Positions 1 through 9,759 of a stretch of DNA of 64,000 bases are shown in pieces. The notes below the pieces were generated by a model that saw nothing but the letters and a program-made list of their open reading frames with translations, ran no database searches and was not told the origin of the DNA. The DNA is taken from the NCBI GenBank assembly GCA_016214695.1, contig JACRNY010000005.1, forward strand, positions 80,372 through 144,371, in the 5' to 3' direction. Made by a program: the position numbers and the translations under genes. This DNA is from Nitrosomonadales bacterium (GTDB lineage Bacteria > Pseudomonadota > Gammaproteobacteria > Burkholderiales > Gallionellaceae). Within the stretch, counting starts at the first letter, position 1. Every line of letters starts with the position of its first letter.

Positions 1-222
1 GAGCGCCTGCACACCGCCGGCTTGGCGAAAGCGCTGTCCAGTCTGGATGAGCGTAGCCGTCGCATCGTTGAAGCACGCTGGTTGCGCGGGGAGGAAGAGC
101 ATGCCGCGACGCTGCACGAGTTGGCCGCGGAGTTCAATGTGTCGGCTGAGCGCATCCGCCAGATCGAGCAGAAGGCTTTGAGCAAGATGCAGGCTTTGCT
201 GGCGCTTCCCGCCAAAGCCTGA
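1..222 (+). CDS. rpoH: RNA polymerase sigma-32 factor, 3' part (runs off window start)
   Basis: Frame is open from base 1. Region-4 HTH reads LDERSRRIVEARWL...TLHELAAEFNVSAERIRQIEQKAL, and the ARWL/TLHELA pattern is typical of RpoH. Confidence 0.8.
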   Translation, partial: ERLHTAGLAKALSSLDERSRRIVEARWLRGEEEHAATLHELAAEFNVSAERIRQIEQKALSKMQALLALPAKA

Positions 223-269
223 GTCGCGATTCAGCAATGAAAAAGCCGCAGATCACTCTGCGGCTTTTT

Positions 270-671
270 TCATTTCACCACGCGAAGTGTGGGCCTGCCC
301 TGCGGCGGCGGATCTTCCGGCGTCTCGTCGCTCTTGCCGCTGCCGCCGACCGGCGTGGATTCCTGCCCCTGGAACACCAGCCCCTGCCCGGTCTCCTTGG
401 CGAAGATGCCGATCACCGCGGACATCGGGACGATGATCTGGTGTGCCACGCCGCCGAAACGGCCGCCGCAAGTGATGTCCTCGTTACCCAGATGCAGGTT
501 GCGCACCGCATCGACGCCGATGTTCAGCACGATCTTGCCGTCCTTGACGTAGGCCATCGGCACTTGCGTGTACTCGTCCACTTGCACCGCCAGATACGGT
601 GTGTATCCGGAATCGGCGCACCAGTCGAAGATCGCGCGGATCAGATAGGGCTTGGTGGACGGTTCGCTCAT
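270..671 (-). CDS. sspB: ClpXP protease specificity-enhancing factor SspB
   Basis: STKPYLIRAIFDWCADSGYTPYL and GGRFGG motifs, C-terminal PTLRVVK ClpX-binding tail, directly downstream of sspA. Confidence 0.95.
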   Translation of the reverse strand: MSEPSTKPYLIRAIFDWCADSGYTPYLAVQVDEYTQVPMAYVKDGKIVLNIGVDAVRNLHLGNEDITCGGRFGGVAHQIIVPMSAVIGIFAKETGQGLVFQGQESTPVGGSGKSDETPEDPPPQGRPTLRVVK

Positions 672-681
672 GCCAACGCTA

Positions 682-1281
682 TCACTTGCGCATCGCCTTC
701 TCGGCGGGCGTCATCGCCTCGATATAGGCGGGACGCGAGAACAGGCGCTCGGCATATTTCATCAGCGGTGCCGCTTCCTTGTCGAGCTGGATGCCATAGT
801 GATCCAGACGCCACAGCAGCGGCGCGATCGCCACGTCCAGCATGGAGAATTCGTCGCCCAGCATGAATTTCTGCTTGGCAAACACCGGGGCGATCTGGGT
901 GAGGTTCTCGCGCACGGCAGCACGCGCCTTTTCCGCGACTTTGGCGTTGCCGCTCTCCAGGCCGGGGATATGGCAGAACAGCTCATTCTCGAAACGGTGC
1001 AGGAACAGACGGGCGCGGGCGCGCATCACCGGATCGGGCGGCATCAGTTGCGGATGAGGGAAGCGCTCGTCGATATATTCGTTGATGATGTTGGCTTCGT
1101 ACAGGATCAGGTCGCGCTCGACCAGCACCGGCACGGTGTTGTACGGATTCATCACCGCCAGATCTTCCGGCTTGTTGAACACATCCACGTCGATGACCTG
1201 AAAGTCCATGCCCTTCTCGAACAGGACAAAACGGCAACGGTGGCTGTAGGGATCAGTCGTCCCCGAATATAGTGTCATCAT
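682..1281 (-). CDS. sspA: Stringent starvation protein A (GST fold)
   Basis: MTLYSGTTDPYSHRCRFVL...NPYNTVPVLVERDL...YIDERFPHPQLMP; conserved petC-sspA-sspB order. Confidence 0.95.
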   Translation of the reverse strand: MMTLYSGTTDPYSHRCRFVLFEKGMDFQVIDVDVFNKPEDLAVMNPYNTVPVLVERDLILYEANIINEYIDERFPHPQLMPPDPVMRARARLFLHRFENELFCHIPGLESGNAKVAEKARAAVRENLTQIAPVFAKQKFMLGDEFSMLDVAIAPLLWRLDHYGIQLDKEAAPLMKYAERLFSRPAYIEAMTPAEKAMRK

Positions 1282-1315
1282 AAGAACCGCCTACTTGAAA
1301 AAACGCTATGACAGA

Positions 1316-1345
1316 AAACCAAAAGGCGGAGCTGGTAGCTCCGCC
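1316..1345 (-). terminator. Intrinsic terminator after petC
   Basis: 9-bp stem ggcggagct/agctccgcc (1325-1345) followed on the minus strand by a T-rich tract. Confidence 0.7.
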
Positions 1346-1409
1346 GTTCGGCAATAGATGAAACGGGTGCGAAAAATACCACAAACGAACCGGTAAATTC
1401 AATCCGGTG

Positions 1410-2132
1410 TCAGTGGATATCCTTCCAGAACTCTTTCTTCAGGGCATAAGTCAGGATCAAGAGCAGGAACAGGAAGCCCAGCACGATATAACCAAGTTTA
1501 TAACGTACGAGCTTGGCCGGTTCAGCCATGAAATCGAGATAGTTCACCAGATCCGCGACTGTCGCATCGAACTCGGCTGCTGTCATGGAGCCTGGAGTGG
1601 TCAGCTTCAACACCTGCACTTCGTGGCCTTCGTGTTTCTCCACGTGCAGCGCCTGCTCACCCTGCATGCCGCCCAGAACATTGGGCATCGCCACCAGCGG
1701 GAACACCACGTTATTCACCCCGCTCGGGCGGGTGGCGTCCACGTAGAAACTGCGCAGATAGGTATACAACCAGTCAGTTCCGCGCGAACGTGCGATCACG
1801 CTCAGGTCGGGTGGTGCGACACCGAAGGCCATCTTTGCGGACTCCGCGTCCATGGCGGACTTCATGGTCGAACCCAGCTTGCTGCCTTCCGGCAGGAGCT
1901 TCTTGATGTCATCTTCACTCATGCCGATGTCCATCAGGCGGTTGTAACGCATGTAGGCTGCACCATGGCAAGCCAGACAATTGGCAGTGAACAACTGGGC
2001 TCCGCGCTGCAATGAAGCCTTGTCGCTCAGGTTGCCAGGAGCCTTGTCCAGATGAACTCCGCTGCTGGCGATTGCCATCGCCGGCACAGCCGCAAGCAGC
2101 ACCAGCACCCATATTTTCTTGATTAGTTTCAT
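1410..2132 (-). CDS. petC: Cytochrome c1
   Basis: Signal peptide, heme motif CLACH, PPDLS motif and C-terminal TM anchor. Confidence 0.95.
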   Translation of the reverse strand: MKLIKKIWVLVLLAAVPAMAIASSGVHLDKAPGNLSDKASLQRGAQLFTANCLACHGAAYMRYNRLMDIGMSEDDIKKLLPEGSKLGSTMKSAMDAESAKMAFGVAPPDLSVIARSRGTDWLYTYLRSFYVDATRPSGVNNVVFPLVAMPNVLGGMQGEQALHVEKHEGHEVQVLKLTTPGSMTAAEFDATVADLVNYLDFMAEPAKLVRYKLGYIVLGFLFLLLILTYALKKEFWKDIH

Positions 2133-2151
2133 ATCAACGAACCTCTCTCAA

Positions 2152-3387
2152 TTATTTGAACGTCAAGCGATCAGGCTCGGGTTTGCACTTGTCAATCTTG
2201 GTATACCACGGCATCAAGATGAAGAATGCAAAGTACACCACTGAGAGCACTTGAGAGATCACTGTGTATGTTGGAGTTGCGGGCATCAGACCCAGATAGC
2301 CCAGGCCGATGAAGCTCACCACGAAGGCCGCAAGGAATCCCTTGAAGATCGGGCCGCGATAGCGGATCGACTTGACCGGACCGCGATCCAGCCACGGCAG
2401 GAACAGGACAGCAACCGCAGCGACGCCCATCGCGATCACGCCGGGGAACTGCGAACCGAACATCGGCGGTACTGCGCGCAGGATGGCGTAGTACGGAGTG
2501 AAGTACCACACCGGAGCGATGTGCTCAGGCGTCTTCATCGGGTTGGCCGGCACGAAGTTGTTGGCCTCCAGGAAGTAACCGCCCATGTCCGGCGCAAAGA
2601 ACACGATCGCGCAGAACACGATCAGGAACAGCACCACGGCCACGATGTCCTTCACCACGATGTACGGGAAGAAGGGGATGCCATCCAGCGGGATGCCATT
2701 GGCGTCTTTTTTCTTCTTGATCTCGATACCATCCGGGTTGTTGGAACCGACCTTGTGCAATGCGACGAGGTGCACGAACACGATGCCAACCAGCAGCAAG
2801 GGGATCGCGATGACGTGCAAGGCGAAGAAGCGGTTCAGGGTAGCATCGGAGATCACGAAGTCGCCGCGGATCAGCACGGACAGTTCGTTGCCGACGAAAG
2901 GCACGGAAGAGAACAGGTTAACGATCACCTGCGCACCCCAGAACGACATCTGACCCCAAGGCAACAGATAGCCCATGAAGGCTTCGGCCATCAGCGCCAG
3001 ATAGATCACCACGCCGATGATCCACAGCAGCTCGCGCGGCTTGCGATAGGAACCGTAGATCATGCCGCGGAACATATGCAGGTACACCACGATGAAGAAC
3101 ATGGAAGCGCCGGTGGAGTGGATGTAGCGGATCAGCCAGCCCGACTGCACATCACGCATGATGTACTCGACCGAGGCGAAAGCGATCAGCGCGTCCGGCT
3201 TGTAGCTCATGGTCAGGAAGATGCCGCTGACGATCTGGATGACCAGCACCAGCAACGCCAGAGAGCCGAAGAAGTACCAGAAGTTGAAGTTCTTCGGCGC
3301 GTAATACTTGGAAAGGTGGAATTCCCAGGTCTCGATCAGCGGAAAGCGATCATCGACCCAACCCAGCAAATTTTTCAGATATTTCAT
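2152..3387 (-). CDS. petB: Cytochrome b
   Basis: RYIHSTGASMFF, GYLLPWGQMSFWGA and RFFALH motifs; PVWY variant of the PEWY motif. Confidence 0.97.
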   Translation of the reverse strand: MKYLKNLLGWVDDRFPLIETWEFHLSKYYAPKNFNFWYFFGSLALLVLVIQIVSGIFLTMSYKPDALIAFASVEYIMRDVQSGWLIRYIHSTGASMFFIVVYLHMFRGMIYGSYRKPRELLWIIGVVIYLALMAEAFMGYLLPWGQMSFWGAQVIVNLFSSVPFVGNELSVLIRGDFVISDATLNRFFALHVIAIPLLLVGIVFVHLVALHKVGSNNPDGIEIKKKKDANGIPLDGIPFFPYIVVKDIVAVVLFLIVFCAIVFFAPDMGGYFLEANNFVPANPMKTPEHIAPVWYFTPYYAILRAVPPMFGSQFPGVIAMGVAAVAVLFLPWLDRGPVKSIRYRGPIFKGFLAAFVVSFIGLGYLGLMPATPTYTVISQVLSVVYFAFFILMPWYTKIDKCKPEPDRLTFK

Positions 3388-3983
3388 TATGCGGCTCCCT
3401 TTTGCTTGTCATCACCGATCAGCAGCGTGGTGTCGCTGAGATACTGGTGCGGGGGGACGATCAGATTGGTCGGTGCAGGCGAACCCTTGTAGACGCGTGC
3501 GGACAGGTCGAAACGCGAACCGTGGCACGGGCAGAACCAGCCGCCGCCCCAGTCGGCGCCCAGATCGGCAGGCGCCACTTCCGGACGGTAGCTCGGCGAG
3601 CAGCCCAGGTGGGTGCAGATGCCGATCACGACGAAGATCTCGGGTTTGATGGAACGGTTGGGGTTGTTACAGTAATCGGGTTGCTGGGGAACGTTGCCGG
3701 CGGGGTCGGTCAGATCGCCGTCATGCTTGGACAGCAGATCGATCATTTCCTGGGTGCGGCGTACGATCCACACCGGTTTGCCCTGCCACTCGACGACCTT
3801 CATCGTACCCGGCTCGATGGCACTGATATCCACTTCCACCGGTGCACCGGCCGCCTTGGCGCGTTCGCTGGGCATGAAGCTCAGCACGAAAGGTGTTGCC
3901 ACCCCTGCTGCAGCGACACCGCCCGCTGCCGTAGTCGCGGCGAGTATCAGTCGCCGCTTGCTGCGATCAACATTGTCAGTCAT
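3387..3983 (-). CDS. petA: Rieske Fe-S subunit of the bc1 complex
   Basis: Tat-like KRRLIL leader; CTHLGC and CPCHGS boxes. Confidence 0.97.
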   Translation of the reverse strand: MTDNVDRSKRRLILAATTAAGGVAAAGVATPFVLSFMPSERAKAAGAPVEVDISAIEPGTMKVVEWQGKPVWIVRRTQEMIDLLSKHDGDLTDPAGNVPQQPDYCNNPNRSIKPEIFVVIGICTHLGCSPSYRPEVAPADLGADWGGGWFCPCHGSRFDLSARVYKGSPAPTNLIVPPHQYLSDTTLLIGDDKQKGAA

Positions 3984-4364
3984 AACATCTCATCCCTTCT
4001 TAATAAAAAACCGCAATATCCCCAGCCAGAATCCGGATCCGGGCTGTTAAATTTTTTAGTTACGCCAAGCAAGATTGTTGTTGTTACGGAAATCGAAACC
4101 GGAACTGGGTGGGCCCCACCTTATCCCAAAGCTGGCCTTACCCGCTCACCGCAACCATTAACAAACGCTGATATTACCCAGTAACACATCCTGCCGCAAG
4201 CATGGTCATTATGGCTCCGGAGAAAGCCATGCCGAACAGAAGGTTATGCGCTGTGGCGCCGGCGCCCACCTTGGGCCGTTATGAAACATCCAGTCACCGC
4301 TGCGGTAATACGCCCCCGATTCTTGTACACTGACAATCATGCGATGCCGCCAAAGGAATCAGGA

Positions 4365-5114
4365 ATGAACGAACTTTCGCTTGAGAACCTGTCGACATAT
4401 TGGGCAACGCCCGTGGTGGCGACCAACATCGTCGTTTTTCTCAATCTTCTGGGCGCCCTCATACTCGGCCTGATCGTCGGTTACGAACGTTCCTACCACG
4501 GACGTGCCGCAGGCATGCGTACCTATGGTCTTGTCTGCATGGCCGCCGCCGCACTGACGGTCATCGCCGGCTATCCGAACTACTGGTTCGGCGGACAGGT
4601 AAACAGCTATCTGGCGGGTGACCCCACCCGCGTCATCCAGGGCATCGTCACCGGCATCGGCTTCCTTGGCGCGGGCGTCATCATGCGCGACGGGCTCAAT
4701 ATCAGCGGCCTGACCACCGCCGCTTCCATCTGGGCATGCGCGGCCATCGGCATCATGGTGGGGGTAGGGTTCTATGTGTCCGCGATAATGCTCACCTTGC
4801 TCGCCGCGCTTTGCATGATGTGGGTGTCCAAGCTGGAAAGCTGGCTGCCCTCGCGCCCGGCCATCGCCGTCACTCTGGAGTTCCAGAAGAACTTCGTACC
4901 GCAGGAGAGCACGCTGCGTGAAGTCGTCTACAGCAACGGCTACGAAATCGCCACCGGCTCTTTCGCCATCCGCTCCAGCAACGAGAAGCTGCAATGGCAC
5001 TTCGTCGCCATCGCCCTCAGCAAGAGCAGCGGCGTACCGATGAATGAACTGGCCAGCGGCTTGAGCACCCTGGAAGGTGTGGAAGACTTTTCGCTCTCAC
5101 ACGCGCGAAACTGA
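4365..5114 (+). CDS. MgtC/SapB family membrane protein
   Basis: GYERSYHGRAAGMRTYGLV, QGIVTGIGFLGAGVI and GLTTAASIW motifs. Start placed at ATG 4365 after AGGA (the ORF track starts at 4281). Confidence 0.85.
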   Translation: MNELSLENLSTYWATPVVATNIVVFLNLLGALILGLIVGYERSYHGRAAGMRTYGLVCMAAAALTVIAGYPNYWFGGQVNSYLAGDPTRVIQGIVTGIGFLGAGVIMRDGLNISGLTTAASIWACAAIGIMVGVGFYVSAIMLTLLAALCMMWVSKLESWLPSRPAIAVTLEFQKNFVPQESTLREVVYSNGYEIATGSFAIRSSNEKLQWHFVAIALSKSSGVPMNELASGLSTLEGVEDFSLSHARN

Positions 5115-5117
5115 TCT

Positions 5118-5864
5118 TCAGACCGGGATATCCTGATCGAAAAAACGGTGTTCCAGATTGAAGCGGGCGGCGAGGTGCTCGCCCAGTGCCTGCACACCAT
5201 AACGCTCGGTCGCATGATGCCCGGCAGCGATGAAGGCGACACCGGTCTCCTGCGCGACATGCACGTTCTGTTCTGATATCTCCCCGGTCAGGAAGGCATC
5301 CACCCCCAACGCCACGGCCTGCTCGAAATAGCCCTGCGCTGCCCCGCTGCACCAGGCGATGCGTGCGATATTGGGATTGGCATGGCCGATGACCTGCGGC
5401 TCGTGCTGCAAGGCATGCTGGATATGACGGGCAAGCTGTTGCAACGTCTGCGGTTGCGCCAGGGTCCCATAGGCGGCGATATCCTGTTCGCCGAAGCGTC
5501 CCTGCTCGACGAAACCGAGCCGCTCGCCCAGCTGCGCGTTGTTGCCGAGAGCGGGATGGGCATCCAGCGGCAGGTGATATGCCAGCAGGCTGACATCGTG
5601 TTTCAGGAGGTGGGCGACACGCCGCTTCTTGATCCCGGTGATGGCGGCATCCTCGCTGCGCCAGAAATAGCCGTGGTGCACCAGAATGGCATCCGCACCC
5701 CAGGCAGTCGCAGCCTCCAGCACGGCTTGCGAGGCGGTGACGCCCGTGGCGATGCGGCGGACTTCCGCCCGGCCTTCGACTTGCACCCCGTTCGGGCAAT
5801 AGTCACGAAATCGGCTGACCGCCAGCTCGCTTTCGATATAATCCCGCAACTCGTTCAATCGCAT
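5118..5864 (-). CDS. Nif3/YbgI-like dinuclear metal protein
   Basis: DYCPNGVQVEG, LVHHGYFW, YHLPLDAHP and AGHHATE motifs. Confidence 0.92.
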   Translation of the reverse strand: MRLNELRDYIESELAVSRFRDYCPNGVQVEGRAEVRRIATGVTASQAVLEAATAWGADAILVHHGYFWRSEDAAITGIKKRRVAHLLKHDVSLLAYHLPLDAHPALGNNAQLGERLGFVEQGRFGEQDIAAYGTLAQPQTLQQLARHIQHALQHEPQVIGHANPNIARIAWCSGAAQGYFEQAVALGVDAFLTGEISEQNVHVAQETGVAFIAAGHHATERYGVQALGEHLAARFNLEHRFFDQDIPV

Positions 5865-5902
5865 TGGGCTCGTCCCATAAATTTAGCGGTTCAAATCATA
5901 AC

Positions 5903-7060
5903 ATGCGCAAATTCTGGCTCTTGTTCGCCCAAGCTACCACGGTCGGCCTCGCGATGCTGTTCGTCATCCACACGCTCAGGCCGTCCCTGCTGCCCAATGC
6001 GGCACGCAGCGGCGTGGTGACGCTGTACGAGAGTGCCACCGGCGACGGCGGCGACCTGCCTGCCGTGGGTTTCAGCCGCGCAGCCCAGAAAGTCATGCCC
6101 GCCGTGGTGAACATCTTCACCAGCAGCGAGATCAAGACACCGGCAGCCCCGTTCATGGACGACCCGCGCTTCCGCTTCTTCTTCGGCGACGAGTTCGAAG
6201 ATAACATGCCGCAGCAGAGCTCCAGTTTGGGTTCCGGCGTCATCGTCAGCCATGACGGCTACATCCTGACCAATCATCACGTGGTCGAGACGGCGGACGA
6301 GATCGAAGTCGCACTCGCCGACGGTCGCACCGCCAAGGGACATATCGTCGGCTCGGATCCGGAAACCGATCTTGCCGTCATCAAGGTCGATATCGGCAAC
6401 CAGCTGCCTGCCATCACCTTCGGTCAGTCGGAACAAGCTCATGTCGGCGACATCGTGCTGGCCATCGGCAATCCGTTCGGCGTCGGCCAGACCGTCACCA
6501 TGGGTATCGTCAGCGCGCTGAAGCGCAACCATCTTGGACTCAGCACCTTCGAGAACTTCATCCAGACCGATGCCGCGATCAACCCCGGCAACTCGGGCGG
6601 CGCGCTGGTGGATGTGGAAGGCAACCTGCTCGGCATCAACAGCGCGATCTACTCACCCAACGGCGGTTCGCTCGGCATCGGCTTCGCCATCCCGACCAGC
6701 ACGGCCAAAAAGGTGATGGAACAGATCATCCAGAGCGGCTCGGTGACGCGCGGCTGGGTGGGGATCGCGGTACAGGAACTCACGCCGGAACTGGCGGAAT
6801 CGTTCAAGCTGAAAGACACGCAAGGCGTGCTGATCGCGGAAGTGGTGCGCGGCAGCCCGGCTGACAAGTCCGGCATCAAGGCAGGTGACATCCTGGTCAG
6901 CATCGACGGCAAGCCGATGGTCGATTCCACCACCATGCTGGAGACCATCTCCTCCCTGCCTCCCGGCAAAGTGGCCCTGCTCAAGCTGATGCGCAACCAG
7001 TCCGAGGTCGCGATACAGGTCAAGGTGGGCAAGCGCCCCAAGCCCAAGGCTCAGGATTGA
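5903..7060 (+). CDS. HtrA/DegS-DegQ family serine protease with a single PDZ domain
   Basis: Catalytic triad motifs TNHHV, DLAV and GNSGG; N-terminal TM segment; C-terminal PDZ. Confidence 0.9.
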   Translation: MRKFWLLFAQATTVGLAMLFVIHTLRPSLLPNAARSGVVTLYESATGDGGDLPAVGFSRAAQKVMPAVVNIFTSSEIKTPAAPFMDDPRFRFFFGDEFEDNMPQQSSSLGSGVIVSHDGYILTNHHVVETADEIEVALADGRTAKGHIVGSDPETDLAVIKVDIGNQLPAITFGQSEQAHVGDIVLAIGNPFGVGQTVTMGIVSALKRNHLGLSTFENFIQTDAAINPGNSGGALVDVEGNLLGINSAIYSPNGGSLGIGFAIPTSTAKKVMEQIIQSGSVTRGWVGIAVQELTPELAESFKLKDTQGVLIAEVVRGSPADKSGIKAGDILVSIDGKPMVDSTTMLETISSLPPGKVALLKLMRNQSEVAIQVKVGKRPKPKAQD

Positions 7061-7079
7061 GGGACTGACTGAAAGAAAC

Positions 7080-7799
7080 TCAGTTGCTGCGCGGCGTGAT
7101 CCAGGCAGCGACCACGATGCCGGCTTCGTACAGCACCCAGAGCGGGATCGCCAGCATGAACTGCGAAACCACGTCGGGCGGAGTGAAGATCGCCCCGATG
7201 ACGAAGGCGCCGACGATGACATAGGAACGGATCTCGCGCAGCTTCTCCACCGACACCATCCCCATCCTCACCAGCACCACCACCGCCACCGGCACCTGAA
7301 AGGTGATGCCGAACGCCATGAACATGCCAAGCACGAAGCTGAGGTATTTGTCGATGTCGGTCATCACCGCCACCCCCTGCGGCGCGGCCGCGACGATGAA
7401 ACCGAACACCACCGGGAACACCACGAAATAGGCGAAGGCCATGCCGCAAAAGAACAGCAGCGTGCTGGCGACGATGAGCGGCAGTATCAACTTCTTCTCG
7501 TGGGCGTACAGCCCCGGCGCGACAAAACGCCAGCCCTGGTACAAGACATAGGGCAATGCGATCAGGAAGGCCGTCATCATCGTCACCTTGAGCGGCACGA
7601 AGAACGGTGTGGTCACATCGGTGGCGATCATCTGACCGCCCTCCGGCAGCTTGGCCAGCATCGGCTGCGCCAGCAAGGCATACAGATCGGATGCCCACGG
7701 AAACAGGCAGATGAATATCAGCAACAGCGCGATGACGACGTTCATCAGACGCGAGCGCAACTCGATCAGGTGCGCGATGAAGGTTTCTGTGGTGCTCAT
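7080..7799 (-). CDS. tatC: Tat translocase subunit C
   Basis: HLIELRSRL and FTPPDVVSQ motifs; multiple TM segments. Confidence 0.95.
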   Translation of the reverse strand: MSTTETFIAHLIELRSRLMNVVIALLLIFICLFPWASDLYALLAQPMLAKLPEGGQMIATDVTTPFFVPLKVTMMTAFLIALPYVLYQGWRFVAPGLYAHEKKLILPLIVASTLLFFCGMAFAYFVVFPVVFGFIVAAAPQGVAVMTDIDKYLSFVLGMFMAFGITFQVPVAVVVLVRMGMVSVEKLREIRSYVIVGAFVIGAIFTPPDVVSQFMLAIPLWVLYEAGIVVAAWITPRSN

Positions 7800-8203
7800 T
7801 TAGTCGGATCTTCGGGTGGTGCGGGCGTTGGTGCGGGCGGTGCGCCGGCTTCCGCCGCATCGGGTTTCTTGTAGCGCGCCTGCAGGATATGCTGCTCCAG
7901 CGTCAGGCCGTCCGCTTGCAGGTTGCGCTCGAGCTCCACGGCCTGCTGTTCCAGGGCGCGACTCCTCTCCTGTACGGACTGCTCGATCTCGACCGCCTGC
8001 TGTTCGAGGTCGCTCTTCAGCTTGCGTGCCTCTTCCAGCGCGAGATCGTTGTTGATGTCGTGCTTGACGTTGTTCACATAACGTTGCACGCGCCCCCACA
8101 GATGCCCCGCCGTGCGCGCCAGTTTCGGCAGGCGTTCAGGACCGACGACGATGAGCGCCACCAGTGCGACCACCACCAGTTCGGAGAATGCGATATCGAA
8201 CAT
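7796..8203 (-). CDS. tatB: Tat translocase subunit B
   Basis: MFDIAFSELVVVALVALIVVGPERLP N-terminus. Confidence 0.95.
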   Translation of the reverse strand: MFDIAFSELVVVALVALIVVGPERLPKLARTAGHLWGRVQRYVNNVKHDINNDLALEEARKLKSDLEQQAVEIEQSVQERSRALEQQAVELERNLQADGLTLEQHILQARYKKPDAAEAGAPPAPTPAPPEDPTK

Positions 8204-8219
8204 GAGTTACGCCGCTCGA

Positions 8220-8423
8220 TCAGCGTGTCTTGTCCTTGACTTCGCCTTCGATGACTTTGGGATCCTGCGGCTTGGATGCTTCTTCTTCGCCCTTCATGCC
8301 TTCCTTGAAACCCTTCACTGCACCGCCCAGGTCGCTGCCGATATTGCGCAATTTCTTGGTGCCGAAGATCAGCACCACGACCAACAACACGATCAACCAA
8401 TGCCAGATACTGAAAGAACCCAT
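8220..8423 (-). CDS. tatA: Tat translocase subunit A
   Basis: [33 protein letters not shown]; true start is ATG 8423. Confidence 0.95.
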   Translation of the reverse strand: MGSFSIWHWLIVLLVVVLIFGTKKLRNIGSDLGGAVKGFKEGMKGEEEASKPQDPKVIEGEVKDKTR

Positions 8424-8449
8424 TTTGCTCTCCTTGTTTAATCCCGTTT

Positions 8450-8592
8450 GCAGACTTGGCATTTGCCAAGTCTGCTCCCTCACCCCTGCCCTCTGATAAA
8501 ACCACTAGCCATTCGACTAAGTTGCAAGAGACCGCAACTAAGTCGCTGGTTATCCCGCTTGCGGGCGAGGAGGACAAAGTGTCGCTACGCGA
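8450..8592. repeat. Composite palindromic element: CCCTCACCC-CCCTCT/CCCG..CGGG family with a nested hairpin
   Basis: Perfect 12-bp hairpin at 8450-8475, then ccctcacccctgccctct, a ~60-nt hairpin insert (8495-8553), and cccgcttgcgggcgaggagg.caaa..tcgctacgcga. The tail is shared with 62486-62529. Confidence 0.7.
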
Positions 8593-8941
8593 CGTCCCTT
8601 TTAACCATGGGCGGGATGTTGCCGCCGCCGATGATATGAATGTGCAGATGAAACACTTCCTGCCCTCCGCCTTTGCCGCTATTGATGACGGTGCGAAAAC
8701 CGTTCTCCAGCCCCTGCTCGCGCGCCAGTTTGGGCGCCAGCAGCAACATCTTGCCCAGCAAGGCCGCGTGCGACTCGTCGGCATCCAGCAACGAAACCAG
8801 ATGCCGCTTGGGTACCAGCATGAAATGTACCGGAGCGACCGGATTGATGTCGTGGAATGCCAGCACTTCGGCATCTTCGTACACCTTTTTGCACGGTATC
8901 TCGCCGCGGACTATCTTGCAGAAAAGGCAGTTGTCGCTCAT
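8585..8941 (-). CDS. hinT: HIT family nucleotide hydrolase
   Basis: [12 protein letters not shown] and [12 protein letters not shown] histidine triad; usual hisE-hinT-tatA position. Confidence 0.9.
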   Translation of the reverse strand: MSDNCLFCKIVRGEIPCKKVYEDAEVLAFHDINPVAPVHFMLVPKRHLVSLLDADESHAALLGKMLLLAPKLAREQGLENGFRTVINSGKGGGQEVFHLHIHIIGGGNIPPMVKRDVA

Positions 8942-9255
8942 TTCCGCCCCGCCTTCTCGGTGATGCCCGACACACCTTCACGGCGCGCCAGCTCGTTCAA
9001 TACATCGTCCGCACTGAGCCCCTTGTGCACCAGCAACACCATGCTGTGGAACCACAGATCGGCGACTTCGTATACCAGATGTTGCTTGTCTGCGTCCTTG
9101 GCCGCCAGCAGAACCTCGCCCGCCTCCTCGATGACTTTCTTCAGGATGGCATCATCGCCCTTGCTGTACAGCTTGGCGACATAAGACGAATCGGCGGCTG
9201 CGCCCTTGCGCGCCTCCAGAGTCTCCGTCAGCCGTTGCAATATATCGTTGTTCAT
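8938..9255 (-). CDS. hisE: Phosphoribosyl-ATP pyrophosphatase
   Basis: [21 protein letters not shown] and EVADLWFH motifs; start ATG 9255. Confidence 0.93.
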   Translation of the reverse strand: MNNDILQRLTETLEARKGAAADSSYVAKLYSKGDDAILKKVIEEAGEVLLAAKDADKQHLVYEVADLWFHSMVLLVHKGLSADDVLNELARREGVSGITEKAGRK

Positions 9256-9641
9256 CTCTTGTAGATCTCGTCCGGATCCTTCAGCACCGCATCGGCGGCG
9301 ACCCACTCGCCGTTCTTGAGCTTGCTGTAGAAACAGCTCTCGCGTCCGGTATGACAGGCGATGCCGCCGTTCTGTTCCACTTGCAGCAGGACCACGTCGG
9401 CATCACAGTCGATGCGAATCTCTATCACCTTCTGCGTGTGGCCGGACTCTTCGCCCTTGTGCCACAGTTTCTTGCGCGAACGCGACCAGTATATCGCCTC
9501 GCCGGTCGCGGCGGTGCGCTTGAGCGCCTCGCGATCCATCCAGGCCACCATCAACACGCGCCCGGTCGCGGCATCCTGCGCGATGGCGGGGACGAGGCCG
9601 TCTGCCGACCAGTTCACCTTATTGAGCCAAGCTTCGGTCAT
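9252..9641 (-). CDS. hisI: Phosphoribosyl-AMP cyclohydrolase
   Basis: [22 protein letters not shown] and [10 protein letters not shown] motifs. Confidence 0.95.
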   Translation of the reverse strand: MTEAWLNKVNWSADGLVPAIAQDAATGRVLMVAWMDREALKRTAATGEAIYWSRSRKKLWHKGEESGHTQKVIEIRIDCDADVVLLQVEQNGGIACHTGRESCFYSKLKNGEWVAADAVLKDPDEIYKR

Positions 9642-9656
9642 TGAAACCCCAATCTA

Positions 9657-9743
9657 GCCACAGAGAACGCAGAGCACACAGAGAAAACCCGCTGCACTCG
9701 GAAGCTTCGCTGCATTCTCTGTGAACTCTGTGTTCTCTGTGGC
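9657..9743. repeat. 87-bp CACAGAG-unit palindromic element, copy 1 (hisF-hisI spacer)
   Basis: Arms of three cacagag-like units flank a ~29-nt core; inverted near-copy at 42182-42267. Confidence 0.85.
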
Positions 9744-9759
9744 AAATTGTTTTTCATAC

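Noticed and set aside
4195-4280. Hairpins upstream of the mgtC-like gene as a possible Mg/Mn riboswitch
   Set aside because: No M-box or yybP-ykoY consensus elements are recognisable; the stems are short and non-specific.
7930-8015. Duplicated LEQQAVE motif in TatB
   Set aside because: Ordinary low-complexity coiled-coil variation in the poorly conserved TatB tail.
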